Shown: positions 18,530 through 31,111 of the stretch, one piece after another
Numbering within the stretch: position 1 is the stretch's first letter
Layout: each line of letters starts with the position of its first letter
NCBI RefSeq assembly: GCF_009914755.1
Contig: NC_060927.1
Source: the human T2T-CHM13v2.0 reference genome, Homo sapiens
Length of the DNA: 64,000 nucleotides
Reading direction: 5' to 3' (one strand)
Program-made: the position numbers and the translations under genes
Notes under the pieces: generated by a model
What the model saw: only the letters and a program-made list of their open reading frames with translations
Databases searched by the model: none
What the model was told of the DNA's origin: nothing

Positions 18530-18910
18530 CTCTCATCTGGCAGCTACCAAATGCATAACTTTAAACAAACTAGGCAACCACCACATGTACATGGATCAAC
18601 TTGCATCTGGCAAATATTCCTGACCCAACCAAGGAGACAAAAATGGGACCTGATTGCCATAGACATATTTGTGGGCAATGGAGCTGCCGTGTTCTTTCTG
18701 GAGTAGATAATGCACATATAGCTATTGAAAATATCGTTCAGGCATGGAAATTTCCCAACCTAATAAAATTTGTCAGTGGGATTCTGCTTATGCCTGCCAC
18801 TGCCCTAGGCCTCTCAGCATGGCATTTGGTGGTTTAACTCACTATCAGTCATGGGGAGCAAATACCACTGAGCAATGAGACGACTCTCTCAAAGACTATC
18901 TGCAACAATT
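18530..18910 (+). pseudogene. Decayed ERVL/MaLR-type integrase remnant (first copy)
   Basis: Manual translation: WQI..KWDLIAIDIFVGNGAAV (18608-18691; cf. ERVL WQVDYIGPLP..VLTGIDTYSGYGFA) and HYQSWGANTTEQ*DDSLKDYL (18840-18902; cf. PYHPQAAGLIERWNGLLK). Confidence 0.6.
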
Positions 18911-19084
18911 TCTCCTGCAACAATTTGACAGGGTTGTCTGTTTCACCTATCCTTGGTTATGTGAACTCTTAAAAAAAATGAACACTGCCCTACTCTGCAA
19001 GGACTTTCTGCTGGGTGAAACTCTTAGGCATGTGGGTGTCAGGCATGGGAAATAAGACAGTTCATCTGGTAATTCAGGATCCTT

Positions 19085-19228
19085 GTATTTCTATACCACA
19101 ATATAAGGAGTATTATTTATTTAACACAAATAGAACATAATATACCTACTGGCCTGCATATTTTTCTTTTCACTGAACACATCTTGGAGATGTTTCCATT
19201 TTGGTTCATAGATTTCCTTTTTTTTTAA
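19085..19228 (-). mobile_element. L1ME 3' fragment
   Basis: TTTTTCTTTTCACTGAACACATCTTGGAGATGTTTCCAT matches the reverse-strand L1ME 3' region. Confidence 0.55.
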
Positions 19229-19339
19229 GGTTAGAGTAACACATTTTTACCTGAGGTCTAAGGACTCCAAAGTTTCTGTATCTCAAAACTCACTCTTTCC
19301 CTCTAATTCACACGAATCTTCACCAAGGTGAATAGATGG

Positions 19340-20040
19340 AGATTTACAATTCATCGAATGAGTATGACTGGATGGATATGATGTAAATGATTTTGGATCC
19401 TTGCTACTAGGATAACACCATATCATTTCTTGGGGATTTTATGATTCGATGTCTCTGGAAGTGAGGAATATTGCTATGGTTATCATACATTTTCTACACA
19501 TTTCCTTTCTATTGCTGTTGTTGTTGTTGTTCTTCAGAAGTCATCATTGGAGGCAGAAGCATTTCTGTGGGATTTCTATAGAGTTTATGCCTACTGGAGA
19601 ATAACAAGAATACTAGCTATTTCCCAAAGCAACAATTTATGCATGAACACTCCTGACCTTTAGAAGCTAGGGAAGGGTGCTCAGAGCGTGGATAAATTAT
19701 CTTTCTTCTCTCTTACTATAGAAATGACCAGCCCAAAAGCTGGCTAAAGCTTTCCCAGTTTGTGGCTGATAGTGATGTTTCAAATGTTGCCCACAGTCTG
19801 CTCAAGATGTAGGAAATCTTTTTAGATCCCATTCCCTTCCCTAGACAATTCCTAGTGATTCCTAGACAATTACTTCTTGGTAACTGTCACAGCCTCTTTA
19901 GTCTGTATGCTTTGGTCCTTCACATAGATGTTTTCTTCAACCACATGAATTATATCAAACTTTCCTCATTTCCTCCAGGCATAAAATGATATGCTTGTTC
20001 TGATATCTTCGCTCTTAGGAAAGTTTGCAACTACTTCACA
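19340..20040 (+). pseudogene. Decayed ERVL-like protease and reverse-transcriptase remnant
   Basis: ILDPCY*DNTISFLGDF (from 19390; cf. LLDTGSELTLIPGDP). One frame, 19759-20020, holds DVSNVAHSL (motif A), QLLLGNCHSL..ALV (LPQG motif) and PPGIK*YACSDIFAL (YxDD position) in the correct order. Confidence 0.55.
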
Positions 20041-20534
20041 TAGCAGTGCTTACTGCAAAAGCCATGATTGCAACTTTCTCCACATCCTTGAGGTAACCAA
20101 ATCTTGTCACCATCTTAAAGAGCAGAAAATCTATATGACCAAGCAGAAGATAATCAATACTGGCTGGATACATAATGTCACCTCAAAATAAACTGTTAGT
20201 ACACACTTTGTGTCCCCTAGGACTTATTTTTCTCTGAAGTAGGCAAGCTCTCTCTTGCAACCACATAGATATAATACTATTTGCATTCTGGTGGGAATTA
20301 TATGATCCTTCATGATGACCCAAGAACCAGAGGTGAGGGGGACAAATCACATTACCAGGATTTTTGCACTATCAGCAGCATTCTTAGGCTAATGCAGGAT
20401 ATGTGGGCCTTGGGCCTTCACCTAATGAAATTAAAAAAAAAAAGGACACTAAGTCATCCTTCAGTCTGATCCCAGGAGTATATGTGTGCGTGGTGTGTGT
20501 GTTCTGAAGTTGGACTTTATACCAAATGGTTTAG

Positions 20535-20949
<415 letters not shown>

Positions 20950-21034
20950 AACCATTTTCAAGAGAAACTAGAAGCTGCACTAAAGGTTCAACTAATTTCC
21001 ACCCTTGATGGGAAGGCTTATGTTTAATCAGTTC

Positions 21035-21097
21035 TTCTAGGGACCAGTGTGTAACCAAGAAGATACTTAGCCATTTGCTGAATGAATGGATGGATGA
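21035..21097 (+). mobile_element. L2 3' terminus fragment
   Basis: CTAGGGACCAGTGTGTAACC..ATTTGCTGAATGAATGGATGGAT, typical L2 (TGAA)n tail. Confidence 0.5.
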
Positions 21098-21129
21098 TCC
21101 AGGCAGTTCTCCATTTGGGTAGCCTATCA

Positions 21130-21460
21130 GTGAACTGGCTCTGTACAAGGGTCTGCAAAGTCTCCATCTTACACTGGTCCTGGAAACCAAATTCCTTTAG
21201 GCAACTCAGGAAATCAGGATATGCCTCTTATCAGCAAGGTCATACCAAAGAACGGGAAAGTCAAGATCTTTTGATTCCCATTGTTACACGGTAGATCAGG
21301 TGCCCTGTGTCTCCTCCCAATTTTTCATTGATCATATAAAGAAGATTATTGGAGTACCTGGAGCATAAACTTGAATGTTTCCACATCAAGCCCAGCTATA
21401 TTAGGCCAGCGGAATTGTGAGCACTCCAGAAACTGCATATAATCAGCTGCCATTCTTTCT
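21130..21460 (+). pseudogene. Decayed retroviral integrase core remnant (second copy)
   Basis: IPIVT/VDQVPCVSSQFF (21274-21326; cf. FGIPxxIxSDQGPxFxS), FHIKP (21379), *ASGIV (21402-21419; cf. PQASGIVER), NQL (21441). Confidence 0.55.
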
Positions 21461-22029
21461 GTAAGTTTTTACAGTAAATTTGCTTTGTGCTGGTATTATA
21501 TGTCTATTATCTCTGCTATGAGGCTTAGCTATATAATAAATATTGAGATGCTCAAGCTTACTAGTAATCACAAAAAAAGCAATTGAAACAAAAAAGACAA
21601 AAAAAGGAAAATAGTAAGACCTAGCCAGGCTATGAGAAAAGGAAAATACTGAGGTAGTTTACAAGAAATGTACATTTTTACTCCTAGTCTCGCAATATAT
21701 TTTGAGCTTTAGTTGGTATATAGTCAAGAATACAGATGAAAATGTAAATGAGGATGATTTTCACAGCATTGTCATGGTAGAAAAAAATTGACAGGTAAAT
21801 TAATGCCCATCTCTAGGGGAATAGATAAATATTATGTGCTATAATAGTGAATGAATAAAATACATGAATTAAGCATATATGTGAAACATTGGTAAATTTC
21901 AAAAACATCAAAAATATGGTTAATGAAAAAAGAAGGAGAAAATCAAGTTTATTAAGCAATGCTGTTTAATTAAATTTAAAGGTACATATTTTAACAGACA
22001 CTTTACAATAAAGGATGTGTGATTTTCAA

Positions 22030-22410
22030 ATACAAACAATATACAATTTTATTAATAAGCAGGGAAAAGAAAATTAGAACCACACATGTATAATGCCGCA
22101 TGCAACAGATGAATCAAATAAGAAAAGACATAACACTAATTATTACCAAAGACATGGAACAACCACAGTTCTCTTTAACGATTCCTGGATTGTGAATTAG
22201 TATGATGATTTTAAGGAAATGTTTAACAGAATGTAGTAAGTTGAACATATGTATACCCCAGGACCTAGTAATTCTTGGTCTAGGTATACACCCCAAATAA
22301 ACACATACATGTGTTCACAAAAAAAATGTGCAAAAATGTTCCTCGCAACTAATCATAAAAGTCTAAACCCAGAAACTATCCAGATGTTCATCAATAGTAG
22401 ATTGTATGCT
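22030..22410 (+). mobile_element. L1M (L1MD/ME-like) 3' ORF2 fragment
   Basis: GTTGAACATATGTATACCCCAGGACCTAGTAATTC..CTAGGTATACACCC..CCAGATGTTCATCAATAGTAGA. Confidence 0.75.
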
Positions 22411-22834
22411 AAACATGGTCAGTGCCCTGACCATATACGATGGGCCTTTCCATTGTACTGTGTATCAGACTGATTTCCAGCTGCTAGCATCTGTATCTCA
22501 TTGCCTGAGGCCTTTCTCTAGTGGTTGAATTTCACTCTACCACAGGCACAGCAGGCAGTAAATGTCAGAGAATTAGTGCTCTCTGGGAGCAGACCTGAAC
22601 CAAAGAGTATTGGCGTTGTATGCATGAATACCTTAACTTGCTGTTTCTCCATTGAGTTAACTCTGAAGCAGGAGTTCTACATTACCTTCCAGATAGCCAC
22701 CTTGGGATTAAGCTCTAGCTACCTGCAAGGACAACTGGCTTGATAATTCCTCTCTTTCTGCTTTACTTCCTCACTTACTAGTCTCCTACAAATACCCCTG
22801 TCCTTATAAACACCATTGTTTCTAAATAAGATAC
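22411..22834 (+). mobile_element. LTR16-family ERVL LTR
   Basis: Starts TGT; TAACTCTGAAGCAGGAGTTCTACA..GGGATTAAGCTCTAGCTACC..AACTGGCTTGATAA are LTR16 hallmarks; ends AAATAAGATA. Confidence 0.75.
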
Positions 22835-23400
22835 TTTCATAGGAGCAGTAGCAATTATAGAAGCTGTGGAAGTGATTGAGTGTTTTAAAGTGCCTGTGAT
22901 GCACTGATGGAAGAAACTAATAGGACGAAATCAGCCAACTATCAACCCAGGGCACAGTGTGAAAGCCAGAAGACCTTGATGGTGGTATGTAAAGGACCCT
23001 CCTGTCATGCAACCAGAGAGCAGGTTGTGCTAAAAATGAGGCCCAGAACCAAAGTTTGAGAATGCTAGAATCTCAAGGAAGGCTGAATTGATCATCTTGG
23101 CAAGGTTCCTATGCTAAATTCAGGCCCCTGAGAAAGAGTGTGACACTGAGACCTGGCTGGGGAGCATGTAGTTCAATATGCTGGAGAACTCAGCATCCCA
23201 AAATGTCTCTGACTCTTCTGAGCAGCAAAAATGACCCATTCTTCTTAACTGAAAAGGTTAACGATCTGTTCTTGGCTGTAAATGGTACAGAGACTGCATC
23301 ACAAGATGATCTGTTCTCCTCGAAATCTATATCCACCTCTTCTTACTGCTTTTGGGCCAATAAATAGGGTCAGCTGTCAGCATTTGGCACAAATGGTTGT
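22835..23400 (+). mobile_element. HERV16/ERV3-16A3-like internal (gag) fragment following LTR16
   Basis: SYAKFRPL..KECDTETWLGSM* from 23107 (cf. ERVL gag SYAKVRALVGKEWDPETWDGDIW); CAGTGTGAAAGCCAGA motif. Confidence 0.7.
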
Positions 23401-23419
23401 CCTTAACACACCATTGCCA

Positions 23420-24195
23420 CATACTCTGGCTCAAGACATCATTACCTCTCAGCAAGATTATTACGAACACCTCCTAACTGGCTTCTTGTTATCATCCTTC
23501 ACTTTTTACCATCTTTGCTTAACACACACACCAGCCAGAGCTGTCAACTTAAGGCTATTTTCTTCTCAAAATACTTCAGTGGTGTTCTACCTCAGAAAAC
23601 AGACAAACAAACAAAAAACAACTCAAAATTCTCAAAATTGAGAAAGTGTTCTTCCTTTGATGACCCCATCCCCATATTTCTCTGATTTAAATCTTATTTC
23701 TCTTCCCTTCCTCAATCCATTCTATCCACTATGGCCTTCTAGTTATTCTTCAAACAAGGCAAGCATGATCCCACTCTGGGACATTTATAATAGTGGACAT
23801 TTATAATAGTGTATCCTTTGCCCAAAGTGCAATGCTTCAAGATATTCACATTGTTTGCCTCCTTTATCTCTTTCAACTCTTCTTTGAAATATCACCTTAG
23901 TGCATTTATCTCTGACCACCTTATTAAAATTGTAAATTCTCTCTCTCCTCTGGAACGCACTATGAAACTTGTCTGCTTTATTTTTCTCCAAAGCTTTTAT
24001 CATCTTCTGCTATATAATCTATTTCATATATTTAATCTACTTTATATATTTAACCTGTGTCATATTTTTCTTTCTATAAGAAGGTAAGCTTTACATATGC
24101 AGCTATATCTGTTTTACTCCCTTATATATCCTTCCCACTTAGAGCAATATCTGACACACAATAAGTGCTCAATTTCTAAGTGTTGAGTGAATTAA
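23420..24195 (+). mobile_element. L2a 3' portion
   Basis: CACCTCCTAACTGGCTTC..CAGCCAGAG; AAATATCACCTT..CTCTGACCACCTTATTAAAATTG; TCTGACACACAATAAGTGCTCAA..TGTTGAGTGAAT tail. Confidence 0.8.
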
Positions 24196-24249
24196 TACAC
24201 AAAGAATCAAAAAGAAAGGAAGAAAGAAAGAAAAAAGGGAAATAAATGG

Positions 24250-24480
24250 CAATAACAATAATTGTAGGACTAGTAGCTATATATTGCTGAAGGGCTACTA
24301 GCTGTTCTGTAATTAGACACTTTGAATCCTGTAAGTAAATGGTATCATTTCATAATTTCATAGGAAACTAAGCCTCTGGAACATCCAGTTATAACTTTAA
24401 GATCAAAGAGAAAGAGAATAACAGGATAATTTAAACTATTCCTGTCTGACTTCAGTCTCAATGGTCTTTCTATGTCTCAA
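24250..24480 (-). mobile_element. MIR SINE
   Basis: CCTGTAAGTAAATGGTATCATT..AGGAAACTAAGCCTC..CCTGTCTGACTTCAG. Confidence 0.55.
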
Positions 24481-24591
24481 CATTCCTTTATGAACTAAAT
24501 TCCAGAGGTAACACATTCTTTTTTAGTCATTTGCTATTTCAATCAAGAGATACATAGGCATATCTACAAACAATAAATAAATCTATTTGGT

Positions 24592-24840
24592 TGCAATAAT
24601 ATATACCGGTTAAGAGCACAGATGCTGGTATTTGATTGCACAGGTACACATTCTGGTTCCAAGAAGTACAGGTTAAAACACATTGGCATTTTTGCCCATC
24701 TCTCTGTGGCTCAGTTTTCACACCTGTAAAGGGGTAATAATAATATCTCCCTTGTCAGTTTTTTATAAGAATGAAGTAAACTAGCACAAATAAATAACAC
24801 TTAGAATATTGATAAGCACAAATATGATGCTCACTTATAT
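24592..24840 (+). mobile_element. MIR SINE
   Basis: GGTTAAGAGCACAGA..CTCTCTGTGGCTCAGTTTTCACACCTGTAAAGGGGTAATAATA. Confidence 0.8.
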
Positions 24841-24849
24841 GACATAGCA

Positions 24850-25170
24850 TTTTAATGTTTTAAAGTGTTTTCACAATGTTTTCATTAATGTATAGCAATT
24901 CCATGAGTTAGATAAGGATAATATTTTATTTTTTGATTTGGTAGCTATTTATCATTTAATTTTGGATATGTCTAGTCTAAGCTTTAGGTGTATAAAGGTA
25001 GATAAGACAATTCCTGTCCTCAAGAACATCCAGACAAGAAAAAATATATAGTGAAATAGATGCTTTGATAAAAGTAGCCTAAAGATATTGAGAAAATTGA
25101 AATGCACAGAGGTTAAAAAACCTGCCCAAGATTGCCCAGATAATAAGCCTTATCACTCCGTCTCCACTGT
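24850..25170 (-). mobile_element. MIR split by an L2 fragment (~24945-25075)
   Basis: GAGAAAATTGAAATGCACAGAGGTTAAAAAACCTGCCCAAGATTGCCCAG MIR core; GATAAGACAATTCCTGTCCTCAAGAA L2 motif. Confidence 0.55.
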
Positions 25171-27011
25171 TCTTACCCAAAACATCAGGAAGAATCGTTG
25201 ATAAATTCATCTTGTGAGGTGGGAGGTAAAGAGTCTGAGACTCCCGTTTGCTTCTAGGAAAATGTCCAACTTCTCCTTCCATTGCTGTAAAGGACTAATG
25301 CCATTCCTTTTTCCTTCACCTGGTCTCGTGAATGATGAGCAATTGCTCAGGTTCAATTATGTTGCTAAATCATAAATAATAATTCCTTTTGCAACACCAG
25401 GGAAGTGTAAGTGGATGATATGGTCATGAACTCTTATCTGATTGGTTCACAGAAGATTATGGTGAAGTCAACATTTTACTAAACTGGGAATTACAAAACC
25501 TGAATAAGACCTTGGGCAGATAATTTCACCTCTCTGGCCATGCTAAATGTTAGCTTTTACTAATACCTTTATGATCTCTAGAATGAGTTGGATGGAAATC
25601 TCATTATGAAAAAGAAAACCAAAATAAGGCACTGCATTACCTTAGAGATTGAGTTCATTTCTATGTTGATTTTTCACTGTCTTTTCCATCATGGCCAGTT
25701 TTATTTGTTTCTTAGGCTATGGGCTGTGTCTAGTGCACTGCTTTGTGCAGATTACAAATTCAAAAATATTTGTTCAATGAAAGAACTGTCATCCACACAC
25801 AAAAAAAATATTAGTAACTCGGTGTTTAGAAAGACATGTCTATACATCGTTAGCTCTCCCTAATCAGACATAGTCTCATCTTTTACACTCAATTCATAAC
25901 ACCTGCAAGTCCTTTAGCATGTTCTATTTCATGCAAGGCGGCTTTCCCAGAAGAAAGACTGTGTTCTGCCACAGCTGCACCAATTAGTCTCCCTGCCTGA
26001 GAAGAGTGACAAAACTGATATTTTTCTGGATGAATGATAGACCTACTGGAGAGTCCACAAATCAAAATGTCAATTTTCTTTTCTCATTCAGTTTCCTTTG
26101 TGTTGTGTGTTTGTATATAATTTCTTCTACAAAAATGCCTTTGGATAGAGAAAAAAAATCTTATTTTTTCAAGTTTAAATATTGAAGCAGATCTGTGACA
26201 GATTTTGACACATTTTGGAATTACAGTTATTGCCTGTAAAGTGTGGAAACAGCATGAAGAGTTCTTTGGAAAGAATGATTTAAAAGTGCCAGTGATAACT
26301 AGAAAGAAGGCAGGCTAGTAGAAAACTAAAGGTAAAGTGTGCTCCTAATAATTATATGAAACAGAAAAATATGGACTTCCAACTCAAGCAGAAAGGTTTC
26401 AGTTCAAAATGTTTTCTGAGTATAATATTATCATTCATTTACAGTTTTGTCGTGGTCTAAAGATTTTATAGTATTTGAAATTTTTGTACAAATTTAAAAG
26501 AAATACATTTTATGCTCATATGTAATTAGTTGAAAACTAATGTTAAAAATCAGATTCATTCCTCTATTTGTTAAAATATTTCCAGTAATTACATTTTTGA
26601 AATAGTTTTTTGTATTGTTTTTGTTTTCATTGGTTTGCTTGTTTTTGATTCAGCTGTTTAAAAAGAGTTTTGAAATAATATGGGGAACTTAAGGTAAAAG
26701 GTGTTTTTAAAAATCTCTACTCACATAAATCTGAGAAAGCACATGACAAATAATAAAAGCATGAATAAGAAAGGAAATCAGAACATGAATTAATAGCTAT
26801 AAATCATGAGACCCAGACAAGTTCCAGGTAAAATAAATGAACTATGCTTAAGGTCAAGGTTACTTGACTTTAGAATATGGTAATACTTTGAGTGGCTTTT
26901 GGGGACAATCCAATATCCCCTTCTTTGAGATCTAAAATAGCATAAGAGTCACAATTCCTGGGCTGAGTTCTGACATGGGCCACCTTAGTTGTACACAAAT
27001 TCTCTTCTGAA

Positions 27012-27480
27012 GTTTTATTCATTCTTTCCATACAAAACATCTGAAATTCCTACAGTGTATGGTGGTATGCTAGCTGCTGCTAGGAGAAAAAAAGAAAGAA
27101 AGAAAATAGCTGTACCCAATAAGCTTACCTAGTAGTGGCAGAGCTAATATGTGTATCAAATTAATTTTAAATAGGATAGAAGGAAATACATCATAAGAGA
27201 TAATAATGTGCTCCAAGAGTCTAGAATAAAACATATAACAGTCAAGATGGAGGGAATGTAAAAATTCTTAAGAGGAAATATTTGAACTGGATCTTAAGTA
27301 ACAGGAGATATTTGGTTAAATGGAAGTAAAGAAAGAGATTACAGAAATGGTATACACAGAAGCAAGTATGTAATTTTATAAAAAGAATGTTTCGTAAGTA
27401 ATTTAACTGGAGAAAAAGAAGAAGTCGTCCAGACTGCAAATTTAAATGAGAATGTGATTCTGAATGCCTGGAAACCACAC
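27012..27480 (-). mobile_element. L2 3' fragment
   Basis: TTTATTCATTC..AAGCTTACCTAGTAGTGG..TTAAGAGGAAATATTTGAACTGGATCTTAAG. Confidence 0.6.
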
Positions 27481-27745
27481 CTGATCTTTCCAGAAGTGTT
27501 GTGAATAGGTTTTAAAAATGTTCTGTAAAATGTAAAATGTCATACAAATTTATGTTACTGTTATCAGACCTAAGTCTAAAAAATATGGAATGGGGTGGTG
27601 TTGATAATTTTAATCTACAATTAATAGCTATTAATAAAAATATGTCATATATGATTAAATAGGAAAAATATCAATATCATAGTGAAAATGAAATATGTGA
27701 GCCTGCAGGATCTGAGTCCTGCTTTGACAGTAAGTCCTTGAATAT

Positions 27746-27916
27746 TTTTTTTTTTTCAGATGGAGTCTTGCTCTGTCACCCAGCCTGGAGTGCAGTAGCG
27801 TGATCTCTGCTCACTGCAACCTCCGTCTCCTGGGTTTGAGCAATTCTCTGCCTCAGCCTCCTGAGTAGCTGGGATTACAGACATGTGCCACCAAATCTGG
27901 CTAATTTTTGTATTTT
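27746..27916 (-). mobile_element. 5'-truncated AluS (right arm plus linker)
   Basis: Poly-T, GATGGAGTCTTGCTCTGTCACCCAG..GCTAATTTTTGTATTTTT; no left arm. Confidence 0.92.
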
Positions 27917-28160
27917 TAAATGTATCTTTCAATAGGGACAAAATGAATATGAAGAAACTAAATTCTAAAAATTTCAGATTTTTTTTCTGTGAATAAAACA
28001 GTAATTATTTTAAAGTGGCTTTTCTGATAAACAGTATTTTTATTTAGTTGCACAGTATGAGTAAGCTTTCAATAATTATCATAAGCAAAAAAGAACTTCA
28101 TGTAATATGCAATCATTTCTCTTTCCTATATGATGAATGAAGGAAATATTAATAAAACAT

Positions 28161-28262
28161 TATAGGCAATATCTCTCTTTCTATTCTATACTATAGGGGA
28201 TATCTATCTTTGTATTCTATACTATAGGAGGTATCTGTATGCATTCCATACTGTAGGGAGTG

Positions 28263-28266
<4 letters not shown>
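28161..28266. repeat. ~30-bp minisatellite, ~3.5 diverged copies
   Basis: TATAGGCAATATCTCTCTTTCTATTCTATAC / TATAGGGGATATCTATCTTTGTATTCTATAC / TATAGGAGGTATCTGTATGCATTCCATAC / TGTAGGGAG. Confidence 0.8.

Positions 28267-28298
<32 letters not shown>
28267..28298. repeat. (CA)16 microsatellite followed by TA/TTTA
   Basis: Direct reading. Confidence 0.97.
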
Positions 28299-28307
<9 letters not shown>

Positions 28308-28317
28308 TTATTTATTT

Positions 28318-28587
28318 ATGTACAGAAAACGAAAGTGGGGTACAAAAACAGCAGGCTTGGTTACAGCATGGCATTTGCCTAATTTGAACACAGATTGAAC
28401 AGTTGGCCACCTGTGATTGGTTAAAGCATAGTTGCTATGATTAGATAACACTCAGCTAGTTGCTACACAAGCATACTCCTAAGTTAGGTTTTCAACTTAT
28501 TTACATACCAATTTAGGTTATTATTTGTAAGAACTCAAGCATGGGACTATGGAGGCTTTCTCAGACCAAATGTAGTCTGATTTAACA
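28318..28587 (-). mobile_element. MER57-family (MER4 group, ERV1) LTR, 5' part
   Basis: Minus strand starts TGTTAAA; CCAATCACAGGTGGCCAACTGTTCAATCTGTGTTCAAATTAGGCAAATGCC..CTGTAACCAA..GTTTTCTGTAC. Confidence 0.75.
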
Positions 28588-28590
28588 ATA

Positions 28591-30986
28591 CAGGCACAAC
28601 TTGTTTTATTGTGCCTTGTAGATATTGTGTTTTTTATAAATTGAAGGTTTGTAGCAATACTGCAAGTAGCAAGTCTATTGGCGCTATTTTTCCAACAGCA
28701 TCTGCTCACTTTGTGTCTCTGTGTCAGATTTTGGTAATTCTCACAATATTTCAAACTATTAAGTTATTGTTATACCTGTTATGGTGATCTGTGATTATCA
28801 TCTTTGATATTACTATTGCAATTGCCTGGGGCTCAATGAACCAAGCCCATATAAGAGTGCAAACTTAATTGATGAATATTAAGTATGTTCTGACTGCTCC
28901 ACCAACCCAGCATTACCCCTTCTCTCTCCGTCTTTTCAGGCCTCTCTTTTCCCTAAAATAGAACAATATTAAAATTATAACAACTTATAACCCTACAATG
29001 GCCTCTATGTGTTCAAACTGAAGCAAAGAGTTGCATGTCTCTCACTTAAAATCAAAAGCTAGAAATCATTAAGGTTAATGAAGAAGCCGTGCTGAAAGCT
29101 AAGATAGTCAGAAAGCCAGGCCTCTTGTGCCAAACTGTTAGCCAAACTGCAAATGCAAAGTAAAATTCTTGAAGGAATTAGAAGTGCTACTCCAGTAAAT
29201 GCACAAATTATAAGAAAGCAAAATAGCCTTATTGGTGATATAGAGAAAGTTTTAGTGGTCTGGATAAAAGATCAAACCAGCCACAACATTTTTTTCAGCC
29301 AAAGCCTAATTCAGAGCAATGCCCTAACTCTCTGTAATGCTATAAAGGCTGAAAGAGGTGAGGAAGCTGCAGAAAAAAAAAATCTCAAGATAGTGGAGGC
29401 TGGTTCATGAAGTTTAAGAAAAAAATCTGTCTCCAAAATATAAAAGTGCAAGGAGAAGAAGCATGTAATAATATAAAAGTTGCAGTAAGTTATTCAGATT
29501 ACCTAGCTAAGATCATTGATGAAAATGGCTACGCTAAACAATGGATTTTGCAGGCAGAACAGTCTTATATGGGCAGTAGATGCCATGTAGAGCTTCCATA
29601 GTTAGAGAAGGGAAGTCAATGCCTGGCTTCAAAGCTTCAAAGGACAAACTGATCCTCTTATTAGGGGCTAATGCAGCTGGTGTCTTTAAGTTAAAACCAA
29701 TGCTCATTTACTATTCTGAAAATTCTAGGTTCCTTAAGAATTATATTAATTCTACTCTGCCTGTGTTGTATAAATGGATCAACAAAGCCCAGATAACAGA
29801 ACATCTCTTTACAACAGAATTTTTTTGAATATTTAAAACCCACTGTTGAGACCTACTGCTCAGAAAAAGAGATTCCTTTCAAAATATTACTGCTCACTGG
29901 CAAAATACCTGGTCACCCAAGAGCTCTGATGAAGGTATACAAGAAGATTGAAGTTTTCATGCCTACTAACACAACATCCATTCTTTAACCCGGGATCATG
30001 GAGTAATTTAGATATTCAAGTCTTATTATTTAAGATATAATATTTTGTAAGGCTAAAGCTATCATAGATAGCTCTTATTCCTCTGATAGATCTGGGCAAA
30101 GTAAATTTAAACCACTGGAAATAATTTATGATTGTAGATGTCATTAAGAACATTCTTAATTCATGTGAGCTGAAAATATCAACATTAACAGGAATTTACA
30201 AGAAGTTTATTTCAACCCTAATTAATGACTTTGAGGGGTTCAGACTTCAGTGGCAAAAGTAATGTCAGATGTGGTGAACATAGCAAGAGAACCAGAATCA
30301 GAAGTGGATCCTGAAGATGCAACTGAATTGCTACAATCTCATGATCAAACTTGAGTGAATGAGGAATGAGGAGTTGTTTCTTATAGATATGAGCAAAAAA
30401 AGTGTTTTTTTGAGATGGAATCAGTTCCTGGAGAAGAGGCTGTGAACATTGTTGAAATGACAACAAAAAATGTAGAATATTACATAAACTTAGTTGATAA
30501 AATAGTCTCAGGGATTGAGAGGATTGATTCCAATTTGGAAGAAGTTCTACTGTGGATAAAATGCTACCAAACAGGATCTCATGCTACAGAGAATCATTTC
30601 ATGAAACAAAGAGTCAAATAATGCCACAAGCTTCATTGCTGCATTGTTGTAAGAAACTGCCACAATCACCCCAACCTTCAGCAATCACCATTCTGATCAG
30701 TCAGCAGCCATCAACTTCGAGGCAAGACCCTCCATGAGCAAAATGATTATTACTTGCTGAAGCCTCAGATGATTGTTAGCATTTTTTACAATAAATTATT
30801 TTTTAAATTACAGTATGTACATTGTTTTTAGGCTTTGCACACTTAGTAAAATATGCTTTGTACACTCAGTAGATTACAGTATTGTAACAATAACTTTTGT
30901 GTGCATTGGGAAACCAAAATATTTGTGCGACTTACTTTATTGCCATGGTCTGGAATAGAACCTGCAAAATCTCTGAGGCATGCCTA
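28591..30986 (+). mobile_element. Near full-length Tigger1 DNA transposon (TcMar-Tigger), transposase disrupted
   Basis: TA + CAGGCACAACTTG start and TGAGGCATGCCTA end (decayed TIRs), ~2.4 kb; frames [27 protein letters not shown] (29153-29410) and [24 protein letters not shown] (29580-29828). Confidence 0.95.
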
Positions 30987-31111
30987 AATATAGATATAAA
31001 TCTCTAAGACCTTCTGTTCACTTTACTATGAAAAAAGATTGTAGGTCATAAAGATTTATAAGTGAATAGAGTTTAAGTAGCTAAATTCATGAGTACCAAA
31101 GTAATTTTATA

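Noticed and set aside
28161-28266. ~30-bp repeats as a CRISPR-like array
   Set aside because: Units are contiguous and diverged, with no spacers; the context is mammalian with no cas genes.
28990-30400. Tigger1 ORF as a domesticated TIGD1-like gene
   Set aside because: Multiple frameshifts and stops, with TIRs and full transposon context retained.
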